Assembly: GCF_964204645.1 (NCBI RefSeq)
Contig: NC_134031.1
Coordinates: forward strand, 14,681,807 to 14,745,806
DNA length: 64,000 nucleotides
DNA from: Tubulanus polymorphus
Taxonomy: Eukaryota > Animalia > Nemertea
Direction of reading: 5' to 3'
A program made the position numbers and the translations under genes. This document shows, in pieces, positions 1 through 12,656 of this stretch. Every line of letters starts with the position of its first letter. Position 1 is the stretch's first letter. Under the pieces are notes generated by a model, which saw nothing but the letters and a program-made list of their open reading frames with translations, searched no databases and was not told where the DNA came from.

Positions 1-568
1 GCAATCGGAGCGATCCTATTGGATGGCGAGTTCAGACCCGAAATTAGGTATTGTTGATGCTATGAGCCCAAAATTGAGCATTGGGAAGACCCAGTGGGAA
101 GATCGAAAATATTGATCTCGTTTATGAGACAATTTGGCTTTAGTCAGGTAATTAAAATGCTTCGGGCTACAATGAGACGAAATGGGTTAAAAAGAGTATT
201 TTATCTAGTCGAAGAAAGGAGACCGAAATTAGACGTTTGACTGCCGAAGTGGTCCCCTGATAGAATTGAGAGTGATTCCGATATTTGACATTCATGCGTA
301 TTGCGAAATAAAATGAGAGAGTTGAATGGTGGTGTGCTTTAATAAATGCAATGATTGAACAGATGAAAATGAATCGAAAAAAGTCTAATTGTACATTTGT
401 TCGTTGGCATGAAGTAATTATTGATACAGACCCCGACAAACTGCGGTTCTTGTACACTATCCATATAATTAAACAAACTCTAACACTATGTGTAAATTAA
501 ACATGTTCGTCTGCCATACGTTGTTATATCAAACTAATATAGAGGGAGGGGTGGATGGAGGGAGAACC

Positions 569-787
569 CGCGCAACTGTGGACTGGGTCCAGAGACAAAT
601 TAAGCCCACACAACTTCGTAACTGGATCCAGAGACATATTAAACCCACACAACAGTGGAACTTGACCCAGAGACAAATTAAACCCACGCAACAGTGGAAC
701 TGAATCCAGAGACAAATTAAACCCACGCAACTGTGGAACTGGGTCCAGAGACAAATTAAACCCACGCAACTGTGAATATGGGTCCAG
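569..787. repeat. 39-bp tandem repeat, ~5.5 copies (CAACTGTGGAACTGGGTCCAGAGACAAATTAAACCCACG)
   Basis: Units read directly; the unit contains the terminal motif AACTGTGGAACTGGGTC of the MITE at 16827-16934. Confidence 0.9.
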
Positions 788-1244
788 GTAAGGGAGCCAG
801 TTCTTCTCATACCGTCTAATTATGACTTAATGTAAAACATAAATTGAAATCGGAAAAGATGACGAATCCACGACGTATCAATATATTATCAGAGCAACCA
901 TTTATCAGACAGCTGCTCTGTCTGCAGAGATGATCGTCTGCCGAGATTTTCCCTTTCCATTAAATCTTGTAAAATATATTCACAGAATAATAAGATGTCA
1001 CAAGCAATACAGATGATTAACTATACACGTCATTAGTTTCATTGTGAAAATCGACCGTCAAAAAGGTAAATATCGGTACATCAAATAATCAATACTTCCA
1101 CTCACCGATAAACTGATTCTATCAAATCCCGCTAGGAAATAAAACTGATATGATATCTTTAATATTAACTTTTCAATTAGTTTCGGAAAGTCATTCGTCC
1201 ATATATCAGAGAATGATCTATCGGTAAAGTGAGTGAATAGACTG

Positions 1245-1420
1245 TGACCACGCCTCCCAGCCACCACACCCGACTGGTCACCGGACACCAAACGTGACTG
1301 GTCACCAGTCACACCAGTCACCACACCTGCTGGTCAACAGTCAACACGCTTGACTGGCCACCGCACACTAAACGTGACTGGTCACCAGCCACCTCACCTG
1401 ACTGGTCACCAGTTACCACA
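1245..1420. repeat. Degenerate CACCACACCTGACTGGT-type minisatellite
   Basis: Repeated gactggtcacc/caccacac units; the same unit occurs at 37545-37695. Confidence 0.8.
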
Positions 1421-1840
1421 TCCAGGCTTATGCAATCAGTACAGCTCCGCGGTCTGGTGGTCAGCCTTTTTGGCGGGAAATGACTGTTTTGCGATATGGA
1501 TTAAGCCTTCGTTACCGGCCAGTCCATCAGAAGGTCAGAGGCCTGTCTCCTCTCTTCTTCTCTTTCAAGAGGAGTCAGAAACTTGACTGTCTTTCATCCT
1601 CCCCTCTATCTTACCTCTCGTCCTCTCTCTCCCATCCCTTCTCTCCCATCCTCTCTCCCATTCTCTGTCCTCCCACTCTCTCCCTCCCCTCTCCATCTCT
1701 CTATCTGAACGGTAACGCGGTATGCAGTGACTGGTTGCAATAATGTCTTGTTGAACGATGTAGTTAAAGGGGACGGTAAACTCTTCGCAGAACTACATCC
1801 GTCTTTCATGTCAGTTAGCGGAATCGTTATTAAATTTTAA

Positions 1841-1913
1841 CCCTCTGCCAGTCGCAGCGGGCTCACACCGGCGTGTATATCGATAACCCCGGCGGCAGTA
1901 GAAACAGGAAGGG
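1841..1913. mobile_element. Possible piggyBac-type relic MITE
   Basis: TTAA (1837-40) + CCCT...AGGG + TTAA (1914-17); only the extreme termini match. Confidence 0.4.
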
Positions 1914-2357
1914 TTAACGCAAGCACAGTTACTACCAGCGCATAAACACCAGCTTTATTAAATTCACCCTTTCGTCGCGGGATCTTTAATTAAATCGTAG
2001 TTATTGGGTTTTCTGAATGTGTATAGCTGCAATATGTCTGGGAACAATGGACTATCATTCCTCAGTCCTCAGTCGCAGTTCTACTGTCCCTCCCAACCAC
2101 AAATATAAGAATAATTTTACTAATTTGAATTTGAATGGACCCACGTTATACGTGGATGATCACTGGGTAAATTTCTATAATATTGTTCAAGTTTAATTAT
2201 AGTTTGTAAAAACCGTTTATAATTCTGTAAATCTATACGATTCGTTGAGAGATGAATATGTGATGTTTACAAATTAACTTACGTTGAAAATCGAAATGGA
2301 AAATTGCTGATGAATAACCGGGTATCCTCACTAACCAGGGGTCGGTTTATAGACGAG

Positions 2358-2853
2358 GAACCAGTTGCATAGTCACGCGTCTTAAGTTTAAGACCAGTCG
2401 AAGATCATTTTAGTTCAATTATGACAATAACCAATCTAACAACTTAAGAACATTCTAGGCTCATTTTTGTTCTACAGCCAATCTAAACTAAAGTCCAGTC
2501 TAAGCTCATTTTGGTTCTATAGCCAATCTAAAAACTTTAAGACCAGTCTAAGCTCATTTTGGTTCTATAGCCAATCTATGAACTTAAGACCAGTCCAATC
2601 ACATTTTGGTTCCATAACTAATCTAACAACTTATGACCAGTCTAAGATAATCTTAGTTCCTAACAAACTAGTCTTAGAGTTCAAGACCACTTTTTCAGTC
2701 GTCATGACTGTGCAACTGGGCCCTGGATCCAGTTGCCCTTGTGAGTTAGAGTTAACTCCAAACTCATAATTTATTTCCAAAGATGTGAGTTTGAGTTAAC
2801 TCTGAACTCTGAACTCAGGGCCCAGATCCAATCCTGAAATGTGGAACTGGATC
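2358..2853. mobile_element. Two abutting PIF/Harbinger-like MITEs (2358-2722 with internal ~43-bp repeats; 2726-2853)
   Basis: TIRs GAACCAGTTGCATAGTCA / TGACTGTGCAACTGGGCC, then CTG, then GATCCAGTTG...GGAACTGGATC. Confidence 0.7.
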
Positions 2854-4519
2854 CGTGCAGAGACCAATATGATATCAAATGTTAGTTAAAGAATTGCCAC
2901 TTCGACAATTTCGTTAACCTATTAATAATGACCGCCCCATCTATCTAATCTAAATTCCTCTGAAAAACCCATAATAAATAACAATATTCATATCTGGTGC
3001 AAACCGTTGATGTTGTGGATATCATTATTAATTCATGGCTGATTCGGGCTCAATTTGGGCTCAATTTTCATATATAATTTCAAAATGTAGTGATAAACGA
3101 CCGTTTGTCCTCTCCCGGTTTCTTCACATGTATCAGAAATAATCCACGATTGAATGATGATTAATATAGACAGATGATGCACGACTATACATATTAATAT
3201 TATAGACTGACGATGGACACACGTGCGGGTTCGAATTCAAAGCACGCGCGGCACGGACTCCTCACCGCGGGCTCCTCATCGGTTCCTCACCGGCGTCAAG
3301 TGGTTGAGAAACTAGATTCATCCATTTCACTCGAGACACGTTCACGACCGCAATCTATCGTTTCAACTTCCGTTATACTAATTTCCGGTTCAGTTTGCCA
3401 TCACGCAAGCAGCTCTCTCACCTTCCCCACCTCTCCCTCCCTTTACTAACCCTCTCTCCCTTTCCTTCCATACCTTTACCTCCTAGCTAATTGTTTCTAT
3501 ACGACGACTTTTATGAATCGAAACAGAAGGTGAGCTTGACAAAATAACAAAGTTGGAGTCCGATGTATAGAAATATGTGGTTTGATATATCAAGATAGCT
3601 GGAGCTTGTGGCGCACATCGAACCAGGTGAAGTTTGCTTTATCAAATTAAAGCACCGAGTTCGATTAAAACTGGGTTTGACATACAAAGGCGGATTTAGG
3701 GGTGGACCGGGTGGACAGGTCAACGACCTTCAAAATTCGAATGCGCCTTCAAAACAGTCTGGAAAAATTAGCCTTTTGACAATTTAAAAAAAGCCATAAT
3801 AAATCCAAACAGGCCCTGATAAGAGAGAAAAGACCTTTTTCTCACAAGTTTTCCGTTTCATCATACATCTTTCGCACGTTTAGCCCTCTCACTGCTAAAT
3901 CCACCCTTTCAAATCAAAAGGGCCTAATCCAAATTTTCAGGTTCTCCCTTCTAACAATTCTACATCCACCATGGATAAATATAATATATCCGGCTCGCTT
4001 AAGGAGATACCAGTTTTGAGTGATAATCATTTCTGACGTCAAGGTGATTTGCATAATCCTGCGCACAAACACCAGAGTGACGCGTAAACAGCTTAGAACC
4101 CGAAAAAGGGCAGTTCAGTAAAAAACCGATATAACGATTTTTGTTATAATGTTCTAACAAAACAGAAATTCTGCATGTAACAAAATGCTTGTCAGTCCTA
4201 AGTGAAGAATTTTGAAATAGAATGTCTATTGGATCTAACAACACAATATTTGCAAACAAGGGCACTTCTCTAAAATTTCTGGTGGGGAGGGGGTCGGTCC
4301 CGCCATGTACGGCCCTACAAACTTAACCTTATAACTACGGAACTAGATACGACTTGGAAAAATATGAACAATCGTTGAATCACTTATTTGGAAGCGGATT
4401 CTCGATATTCTTAATCACGTTCAATTCTTGCATTCTCGTCGCCCGCCGCACGCACGAGTTTAAAAAGACGGTCAATAAAACTATAGATAAATCGTCGCCG
4501 GGCGCGAAATAAAATCTGT

Positions 4520-4690
4520 TACCAACGGAAGTCAACGGTCACGTGATCGTGCCTTGGATACACTTGCGCATGTGCAGTAAACAGTTCGGGACGGCGGTCG
4601 AAATGTCGCTAGATAAACAGAGGACTTCCGGTTCGTTGTTTGCGCTCGTGAATCTGGCGTGTTTAAATCTTGAAATATCGCGCGTCGTTC
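4520..4690. promoter_or_regulatory. CpG-rich promoter-like motif cluster
   Basis: CGGAAGT (4526, ETS), GTCACGTGAT (4538, E-box), TGCGCATGTGCA (4565, NRF1-like), ACTTCCGG (4624, ETS). Confidence 0.4.
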
Positions 4691-4859
4691 TCCGAGATCG
4701 ATCTGAAATCCTAAACTAATGTAAACTTGTTCAACTCTCGGCTGCTGTTAGACGATGAAGACATCTGTAAACAAGAGCGCGAAACGTAAAACCGAAATCT
4801 CCAGCGATTAATGAATTTTATTACCATTATTTAGTAACAGGATAACGTAGGAGTTGATA

Positions 4860-5300
4860 AGTAGAGGAGGGAGGGGAGAGGGGGAGAAAGAGAAAGGCCG
4901 AGGGAGCGTAGGGGGAGCAGGGAAAAGGGGAGAGAGGAGGTATGGAGAAAGAAGAGAGAAGAGAATAGAGAGAAGGGAAGGAGAGGCTGACTTCAAATAC
5001 TCTGGTCTTGAGAGAGATGGAGAGGGAGAAGGCAGCGGGAAGGAGAGTGACCTCATGTAATTTAGTATACTCTGACCAAGAGGGAGAGGAGAGTAGGAGA
5101 CGATGGGGTAGAGATAGAGTAGAGGTAGGGAAAAAGGAGAAAGAGAAAGAGGGAGATAGAGAGGAGAGACGAGAAGAGAAAGCGGTGAGGGCGATATCAT
5201 ACTCTGGTATAGAGGGAAAAGAGAGGGAGGGTGGGAAGAATGGGGGTGGGGGTTGGGGGGTTGAAGAGTAGAGGTAGGAAAAGAGGATAGAGAGAAAGCA
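4860..5300. repeat. Degenerate GA-rich polypurine tract
   Basis: Plus strand almost purely G/A; it produces the spurious P/S/L and E/R/G ORFs. Confidence 0.85.
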
Positions 5301-5750
5301 GACTCGATATGAAAGAGGTGATATAGTAAATTACCCACACGTCAAGTCTCCATCGACCGTCTTAGACACCCGCGAACCCCCTCGCCTCCCGGAACCGCAT
5401 TCCCTACGGTGATATCGGTGTATATGCGTATTGTTGATCCCTGTACTCGAGAAATAGAAGGGCCGGTGTTTATCGCGTGTATACCACTTGAAATCACTTC
5501 ACTCCAGCCCCGTGTGATCGGGTGACGGGGCCGTCCCGATCGTCTGGCGTGCGCGTATTGACATAACAAACCAATTATCAATATCTACGATAAAATTCAA
5601 TCCGACCGCGAACTAGGCGCCCAGCAACCGAACCCCGACACTCCATACTTAATTATGTACTGATAGTTTTAGTTGTGGTTTAAATTAAATTATCTTTTTA
5701 TTTCCGTTTGGTTAATAATGATTAGTAGCAGCGGTGTGGAAGAGAGGTAG

Positions 5751-5975
5751 CACGCAACACAGGCACGCTTGTCTCTAACCCCTGCCCGAACCTTCACGCA
5801 ACACCGGCACACCTGTCTCTAACCCTTGCCCAAACCATCACGCAACACCGGCACACCTGTCTCTAACCCCTGCCCAAACCTTCACGCAACACCGGCACAC
5901 CTGTCTCTAACCCCTGCCCAAACCTTCACGCAACACCGGCACACCTGTCTCTAACCCCTGCCCAAACTTTCACAC
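5751..5975. repeat. 44-bp tandem repeat, ~5 copies
   Basis: Unit CACGCAACACCGGCACACCTGTCTCTAACCCCTGCCCAAACCTT starting at 5751, 5795 and onward. Confidence 0.92.
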
Positions 5976-7145
5976 ACTTCTCCGTCTGCTAAGATTTGAC
6001 TCAAGTGTTTATCATTGAAAATTTACTAATCTATATTTTACCTGTCAGATTTCGCACCCTAGACAGACACTTTATGTTCAATTCAACTAAGTTGCCATCA
6101 AAACCCTTAACGTAACAGCAAAATCAACCATCTGCTGGTGGTACATAGATAGCCCTGTAACTCTAAACCCGGAGTACACTACTGTTGAAATGGCCCCTGC
6201 TCTACACCCAACTCTGACCACAACACAAATCACGTAATCAATTCAACCTTTAAAGACCGCTATTTTGATCCTCAGCTTATTATAAGTTCACTAAAAGCTT
6301 CCTAATTTAAGCTCATTTACGAATCGCTATTGATGACGAATTGCTAATAGATCGTATTTGAATTACTATTCCTCTCCAAATCGACGCTTTCTGTGTTTCT
6401 GGTAATTTTCAGAAATTTAGCCAAGTGAATGGTACACCGATATGCTATCAGCGGCCTTTGTGACGGACAGGAACCGTCGGATACGGTCTAACTCTAACCC
6501 TCTAGGGAAGGGAAGGACTCTTTACCGAATAGGTTGAAGCACAAATTGACTGAACATGTCATCCCTCTTAGAAGCGTTCTCCCGGCGGTAACTATATCAT
6601 TGTCCGCCGAAGACTTTCCTTTGTTTCTCCCTTTTACACAGAATTCAATGCGTTCACAGTCGGTTTCCGGTACGGTGCTATGGTTACTGTTCAACAATGC
6701 TTTCAAATGATTAACAAACGCGTATATAGAAGTGGCTATACGCTCCACGTCGCAGGGGGGTCCCGGCAAAATATCAGACTTTTCAATTTGTTGGTTTGAG
6801 TCATTAAATACCGAGTCAGGAAGTGGATAGTTTTCGCAGCGTATTTTTCGCCGTTAAACGCGTTCTATCAATCTTTCACTTTGACACGAGGCTCCTTTCA
6901 TAAACCAGCGCGTTATAAATTCCCTATTATCCCCGACAAAAAGATAGCATTTAAGAACGAGCGGTTCTTCAATGAATATTTGATTAAGGAACAGATTACA
7001 CGGCTCCGTCACGTTAATGGTATTTCAGACTCGTCGGCTGTTATCGGCTATATCGCGCCGGAAGTACATCTCCAGTTAGATTATCATCACAATAATCTCT
7101 CAACAATTAATTACAATACAAGAATAATCGTCAAGGGTTCAATCG

Positions 7146-7382
7146 TCTCTCTCTCTCTCTCTCTCCCTCCCTCCCTCCCTCCCTCCCTCCCTCCCTCCCT
7201 CCCTCCCTCCCTCCCTCCCTCCCTCCCTCCCTCCCTCCCTCCCTCCCTCCCTCCCTCCCTCCCTCCCTCCCTCCCTCCCTCCCTCCCTCCCTCCCTCCCT
7301 CCCTCCCTCTCTCCCTCTCTCCCTCTCTCCCTCTCTCCCTCTCTCCCTCTCTCCCTCTCTCCCTCTCTCCCTCTCTCCCTCT
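7146..7382. repeat. (CT)n-(CCCT)n-(CCCTCTCT)n compound microsatellite
   Basis: Read directly. Confidence 0.95.
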
Positions 7383-8624
7383 ATCTCATCTCACCTATAT
7401 TCTATCTAGGCCTCATTTTTTCATCGAGGTAATGAACTTTGAAACCCTTGACATTTTTTCTCTGTCCACACAGGTTATGATAATTAAAAGGCTTGTTGGT
7501 TCCGAGGCAGGTGGGTCAAATATTTATATAACTCCAATTCAACGTGCCCTACTTGAAATAGTTATTGTGTAAATCTAACTCGGTGAAAATTTGCGGTATC
7601 GTCGTATGTTTCAGCGAGTCCGTGAATTACAAGTGTCGCAACCGGGCGTGTAGTATATCGTTTCAATCGACTCAGCTGTATGAAGACAGGACACTACCAC
7701 CCGTATCTCATTCGTTTGTACAACAAATATTTCAAATATATTTCAATTTTCAACGTTGGTTTCTATCCAAACAATTTCCGAGAGAGAGTGAGAGGGAGGA
7801 AGGGAGAGCGGGGAACGGTGAGAGAGTACACTTGTACTTTTAACTGAAGCGTTCATTTATTTCTGCAGGTGACACAACAGTTTAAGAAAAATGATAAATA
7901 TGTGTCGAAACTTTATCCACAAAAAAATTTCCATCGTGAAACAACAAGATTTTCAATCAATTTCATGTAGAAATTACTGAAAATGATTTCCAAGTAAAAA
8001 GTTTTATATAACAGTTTTTTAAAGAGATTTGATATTTCGTTTTCCTCACACCTCAGAATATTGTAAATCTTGAGTCGAATGGCCCGATCATTTCGTAGAT
8101 CACGTTGACCTCAAGGAGCAAACAGCAAATCGTAAATGTGCATTAAGTCATGGAGAATTATGTCACTTGTCCGGACTGATTGCTAGATCCCCTAGAAACC
8201 TGACACTTACTCGCAAGTCCGAGAGTTTTAATTCAAATGGCAGTTCAAGAAGAAGGGTGCCGGGTATATGTATGCATGTATTATGATGTAAGCCCCTAGG
8301 CCGTTTAGGGGGAGGGAGGGGAGTGGAGGATAGTTTAATGAAGCGAAGATAACGGTTCAATTATTACGGAGATTAATGAAGGATTATTGTGTTCGACTAT
8401 ATCGGTTGCCAACAGGGACATATTTCATATGACCGCAGATACCTGTGTGTCATTGATAGGAACTATACGCGGTCAATTCGGATGGCAGACGATGGTCAGA
8501 AATATGCTAATTTGAATTGTAACATGTCTTAAGGGGCAATTGCCAGGCGGCAACAATAATAATACAATTATATTGCTAATACAACCAAATCGATGCAGTG
8601 ATTCTTGTGATTCTGCCTATTGCA

Positions 8625-9000
8625 TTTGAATCCATTTTCACAGTTGTGTATGTAGGTTTAATTTGACCCTGGACCTAGATTTACAATAATTGTGCGCGTT
8701 TAATCTGACTCCGAACTCAGTTCCACAGTGTTTTGAGCGCATTTTATTTGTCTCTGAACCCAGTTTCATAGTTATGTGCATTCATTTCGTATCTGAACTC
8801 AGTTCCACAGTTATGTGCATTTCATTTGTCTCAGAACCCAGTTTCACAGTTGTGAGCATGTATCTGAACCCAGTTCCACAGTTGTGTGGGTTTGATTTGA
8901 CTCCGCACTCAGTTCCACAGTTGTGCGCGTTTAATTTTTCTCTGGACCCAGTTCCTGGGGTGTATGGGTTTAATTTGACTATAAACCCAGTTCCATAGTT
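8625..9000. repeat. Diverged 39-bp tandem repeat, reverse orientation of the 569-787 family
   Basis: Units resemble TGGACCCAGTTCCACAGTTGTGCGCGTTTAATTTGTCTC. Confidence 0.8.
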
Positions 9001-9201
9001 AACCTCGATCAAGAAAAGTCGTTTCAAAATTATCATAGAAATTATCAAATCCCAAATTCATTGGAGTAACCCTTTCTCGGAGTCACCCTTGATGATATCG
9101 ATGACTCAAAAATTCAGTAGATATCTTTTGTTTCACTTTCGGTCTTGATGAATTCAAGTAGTTTTTCACGCTTGACAAGTATTTCCGTTATTCTAGCTCA
9201 A

Positions 9202-9394
<193 letters not shown>

Positions 9395-10006
9395 GCTCCT
9401 CTCTCACCTGAAGCGATTCACCCGTATCCTACTATCCTGCTATTACCCCTCGATGTCACGTGTCTCAATCGTCTTAACGCGGTATTTAACCACTTCGATG
9501 AAAAGACGGTATTTTAGCCGGAGGCGGGCGGCTCCGGTAAATCTCGATACTTCAGGAAGTCAAACTCTTCACAAGATCAGAGAGAGTATCTTCTCACTAT
9601 GGTAACATCCTGATAAAACTATGATTTAAGCCTGAGGAGGATTTGGCCGACGCGATTTTCAGGATGTTCCGGGAAGGTTCGAAAAATGTTTCCATTCTTG
9701 CCTCGAAGTGTTTAGGAGTGCTTGGTGAGATATCTCAACAGTCATGTGACCCAGTTCCACAGTCGTGTTAAATCAGTTCATACTCAAAGGCAGAGTCGCA
9801 TTTTGTTGAACCGGGGCCAGTTTTAACTTAAACCCTGAGTTTAACTTAATCGGCTCAGATATAGGTCCTATGAATACAGTATACAGAAAAAGCGCATTAC
9901 TAAAGTTAATGAAATCGAATTTGCTGTAGATTATACCTAAGGGGATAAATTGAAATCAATCTTCTTAATAGATCGGTTTGTAACATCACACCAACCCACT
10001 TAAACC

Positions 10007-10952
10007 CATCCTCCCACGGAAGGGATTCGAACCTGATGGCATCGCTACACTCAGCCCCTGCCACGAACCCCTGCCACTGTAGACCGGGTGCGCAGGTACA
10101 TGCGCAGCTTTGCCGCACGAAAACTTGCGGCACCGATCAGATTGCTTGTTGTATAATTGCTGAGGTAAATTTCACGGAAGAACTATAAATGGGAAAACCC
10201 GGGCTAAAATAAGACGGGATATCTGATTGGCTGATAATGAGGGAGAGAGAGGGAGAGAGAGGGAGGGAGGGAGAGGGAGGGAGAGGGAGTGCGACGGAGG
10301 GAGAGGGAGGGAGAGGGAGGGAAAGGGAGGGAGAGGGAGGGAGAGAGAACGATCCTTTTTTGAAGAAGAAGACATTTCGTTGTTTTGTTTAGAGAGAGTC
10401 CCCATGTTAGAAGACCATAGGTCAGGTGTGGGTATATGAGGGTATGATAAAGTGTTAAGTTGGATTGTGTATCAAGGATGTGTTTTGATTTGTTCATAAT
10501 ACCTAAAGAATTGCCAATTTTTATTTGGAAATTTGGATTTAAGAAAGGTTTACGTTTGTTTTGTTTTTGTTTTGTCGAGGTTTGGAGTTAGTTTATATAG
10601 GAAATTGAGGTCAGAATTGATGTTTTGTACTAGAGTTTCTAAATTTTTGTGAGATTCTAATCAGTTAGTATCATCTGCAAATAGAATTAATCTAAGTGGT
10701 TAGAGCGTTTGTGAATATCATTAATGTAGATTAAAAAGAGGAAAGGGCCGAGAATCGAGCCTTGAGGGACGCCTGAGACGAGTGGAGAAGAAACAGTTTT
10801 GTTGAAGGAGACTAAATGTTGACGATTAGCTAGATAAGAAGAGACCCAGCTAGATCTAGAGCTTGTAGCTGCGTACTCGGTCTAGTGTGGCAGGGTACGA
10901 ATACCGTGGCAATTTCGATGCCATCAGGTTCAAATCCCTCCCGGGGAGGATG
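10007..10952. mobile_element. Mutator(MULE)-like non-autonomous element with long TIRs carrying a LINE fragment
   Basis: Termini CATCCTCCC / GGGAGGATG, ~100-bp inverted arms, 9-bp direct repeat ACTTAAACC at 9998-10006 and 10953-10961; sister copy at 39830-40181. Confidence 0.7.
10350..10856 (-). mobile_element. Degenerate non-LTR retrotransposon (CR1/L2 group) reverse-transcriptase fragment
   Basis: Minus-strand [20 protein letters not shown], frameshifted LILFADDTN, and LYHTLIYPHLTYGLLTWG. Confidence 0.85.
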
Positions 10953-12046
10953 ACTTAAACCTGGCACTGGACTAGAAAGCGAACGAGTTCATGTACTAAC
11001 GTTCAAATAGCTTTGAACAAGAAGAATAATAAACTCGTTAATGAAGGCTTGATGAGATACGAGGAGTATGTGCATTTGCCGTAAACAGGAGATTATCACC
11101 AACATAATTCATTTCGATGATTTCAAACGAGCGCTTAATATTTTCCCGTTCAAATCAGCTTCCGACCTGTAAACAACTCGGCCCCGGTGAACATTGGTCG
11201 CATTGAAATAGGCGCTTCACAAATGTCACCGTTTATTATTATTTAACATATCGATATTGAGATCAACATCATTTTGTAATTCATTGAATGCTGTTTGATA
11301 GTTGACTGGTGGCACAATTTTAGTTGTTTCACAATATATGATTGGTGTAAGAGACCTTATAAGGTTCCTTCTATCAGTTAAACAGTTGACTATTGCGATA
11401 GCCTCCTCTACGCGGTAGGGGGGCTAATGTCGGCAAACATTATCTGTATTTATCGCTAAAATCTGCCGTAGATCTCCATAACATCGCCACGAAATGTCGG
11501 CAAAGTTGATAAATCCTAATGGTCGTCAAGCTGTGATTATTGCCATGGTAACAATTTTCGGCCACAGTCGGTGGAAGCCCACGACGTGACCTTGAGATCA
11601 GACACGTCATTCTTTCTGCTTTAAGGTGCTATTTCGGTGGTTTATTCATCTACACTGAGAATTAGGAAATTGTCCGTTGAAAATTCCGTACAAAAATCTA
11701 GTAACCAGTGAAGACGTAAAAGGGAATATATGTTTTTGTGAAAAGAGTTACCGCACCTGGCTGGTCACTGCAGCTAACAGCGGGCGTATCCAGAAAGTTT
11801 GAGCGGAGGGAGGGGTGGGTCAAGCGCAGTGTTCTCCCTGATATAATTTTTTTGCCAGAACCGAAAAGGCAAACGATAAACATTTGCAAACTATCAGAAA
11901 TCTTTCGAACACGGAGCAGGGGTTGAGACCCCCTAAAATCTCCGATGGATTCGCCACTGAAACGGTTGCCAAACTGACAATACAAACTAACAAACTTCCT
12001 CGGTCAACACAATTCGGCGCACACGTTGCTGACAAACTGGATGTTG

Positions 12047-12350
12047 TAGGTTCAGGTATACTGACGACCTCGCGTAAGGGAAGTGCTAACTTATAGGCTT
12101 TTAAAGACTGCAACCATTAAACAGCCCTATTCACCATTAATCTCGACATTTTCAAGCCTTTTTAGGTGGTAAATCATCAGATTGACGATAAATAAGGTTC
12201 AGGGTTACTGACGACTTTACGTAAGGGTAGTGCTAACTTATAGGCTTTTAAAGACGGCAACCATTAAACAGCCCTATTCACCATTAATCTCGACATTTTT
12301 CAAGCTTTTTTTTCAACCTTTTTTTTTTGGTGGAAAATTATCAGATTATT
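12047..12350. repeat. Local tandem duplication of ~150 bp
   Basis: AGGTTCAGG...GTGCTAACTTATAGGCTTTTAAAGAC...ATCAGATT occurs twice. Confidence 0.85.
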
Positions 12351-12468
12351 AATAAATAAAACCTAGTAGTACCTGTATACCAGATCTATGTCATGACCTC
12401 CCATATTTCCCCTGCATCAATCAGGATTTATGAAATTTATGTGTGTCTGGAAGAAAAAATCAACTTAC

Positions 12469-12656
12469 TGGTCGTAGTCGGTCTTGCAAAATAATTTTCT
12501 ATCCTTGACGAAACACGACCTGGTTAATGGTTCCTGGCATATATTGCACTGTAGACAATGTTCATGCCACGAATTGTCCATAACCCTTAGTAAAAACCGA
12601 TCTTCAATAGGTCGACCGCATCCACTGCAAATCTCTTTATGATTCAACGCGGGCAT
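12469..12656 (-). CDS. lmx1: Lmx1-type LIM-homeodomain transcription factor, LIM1 coding exon (exon 12469-12661, ATG at 12656)
   Basis: [53 protein letters not shown] is a complete LIM zinc finger with Lmx1-like residues (LRV..SWHE.CLQC, SC..KDRKL.CK.DY); acceptor ctctctgttttcag and phase-2 donor CA|gtaagt. Confidence 0.88.

Noticed and set aside
569-787. CRISPR-like appearance of the regular 39-bp and 20-bp arrays
   Set aside because: Units are contiguous with no unique spacers, there are no cas genes, and the context is eukaryotic.
6494-6853. 119-codon open minus-strand frame as a possible Lmx1 exon
   Set aside because: No LIM or homeodomain residues, no convincing splice sites and no ATG near its start.
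6881-7432. 183-aa ORF with (PPSL)n, and similar poly-L/S/A and ER/GR ORFs at 4808-5338, 9145-9411, 16049-16282, 53148-53483, 60421-60988 and 62421-62730
   Set aside because: They are open only because microsatellites and purine tracts lack stop codons.
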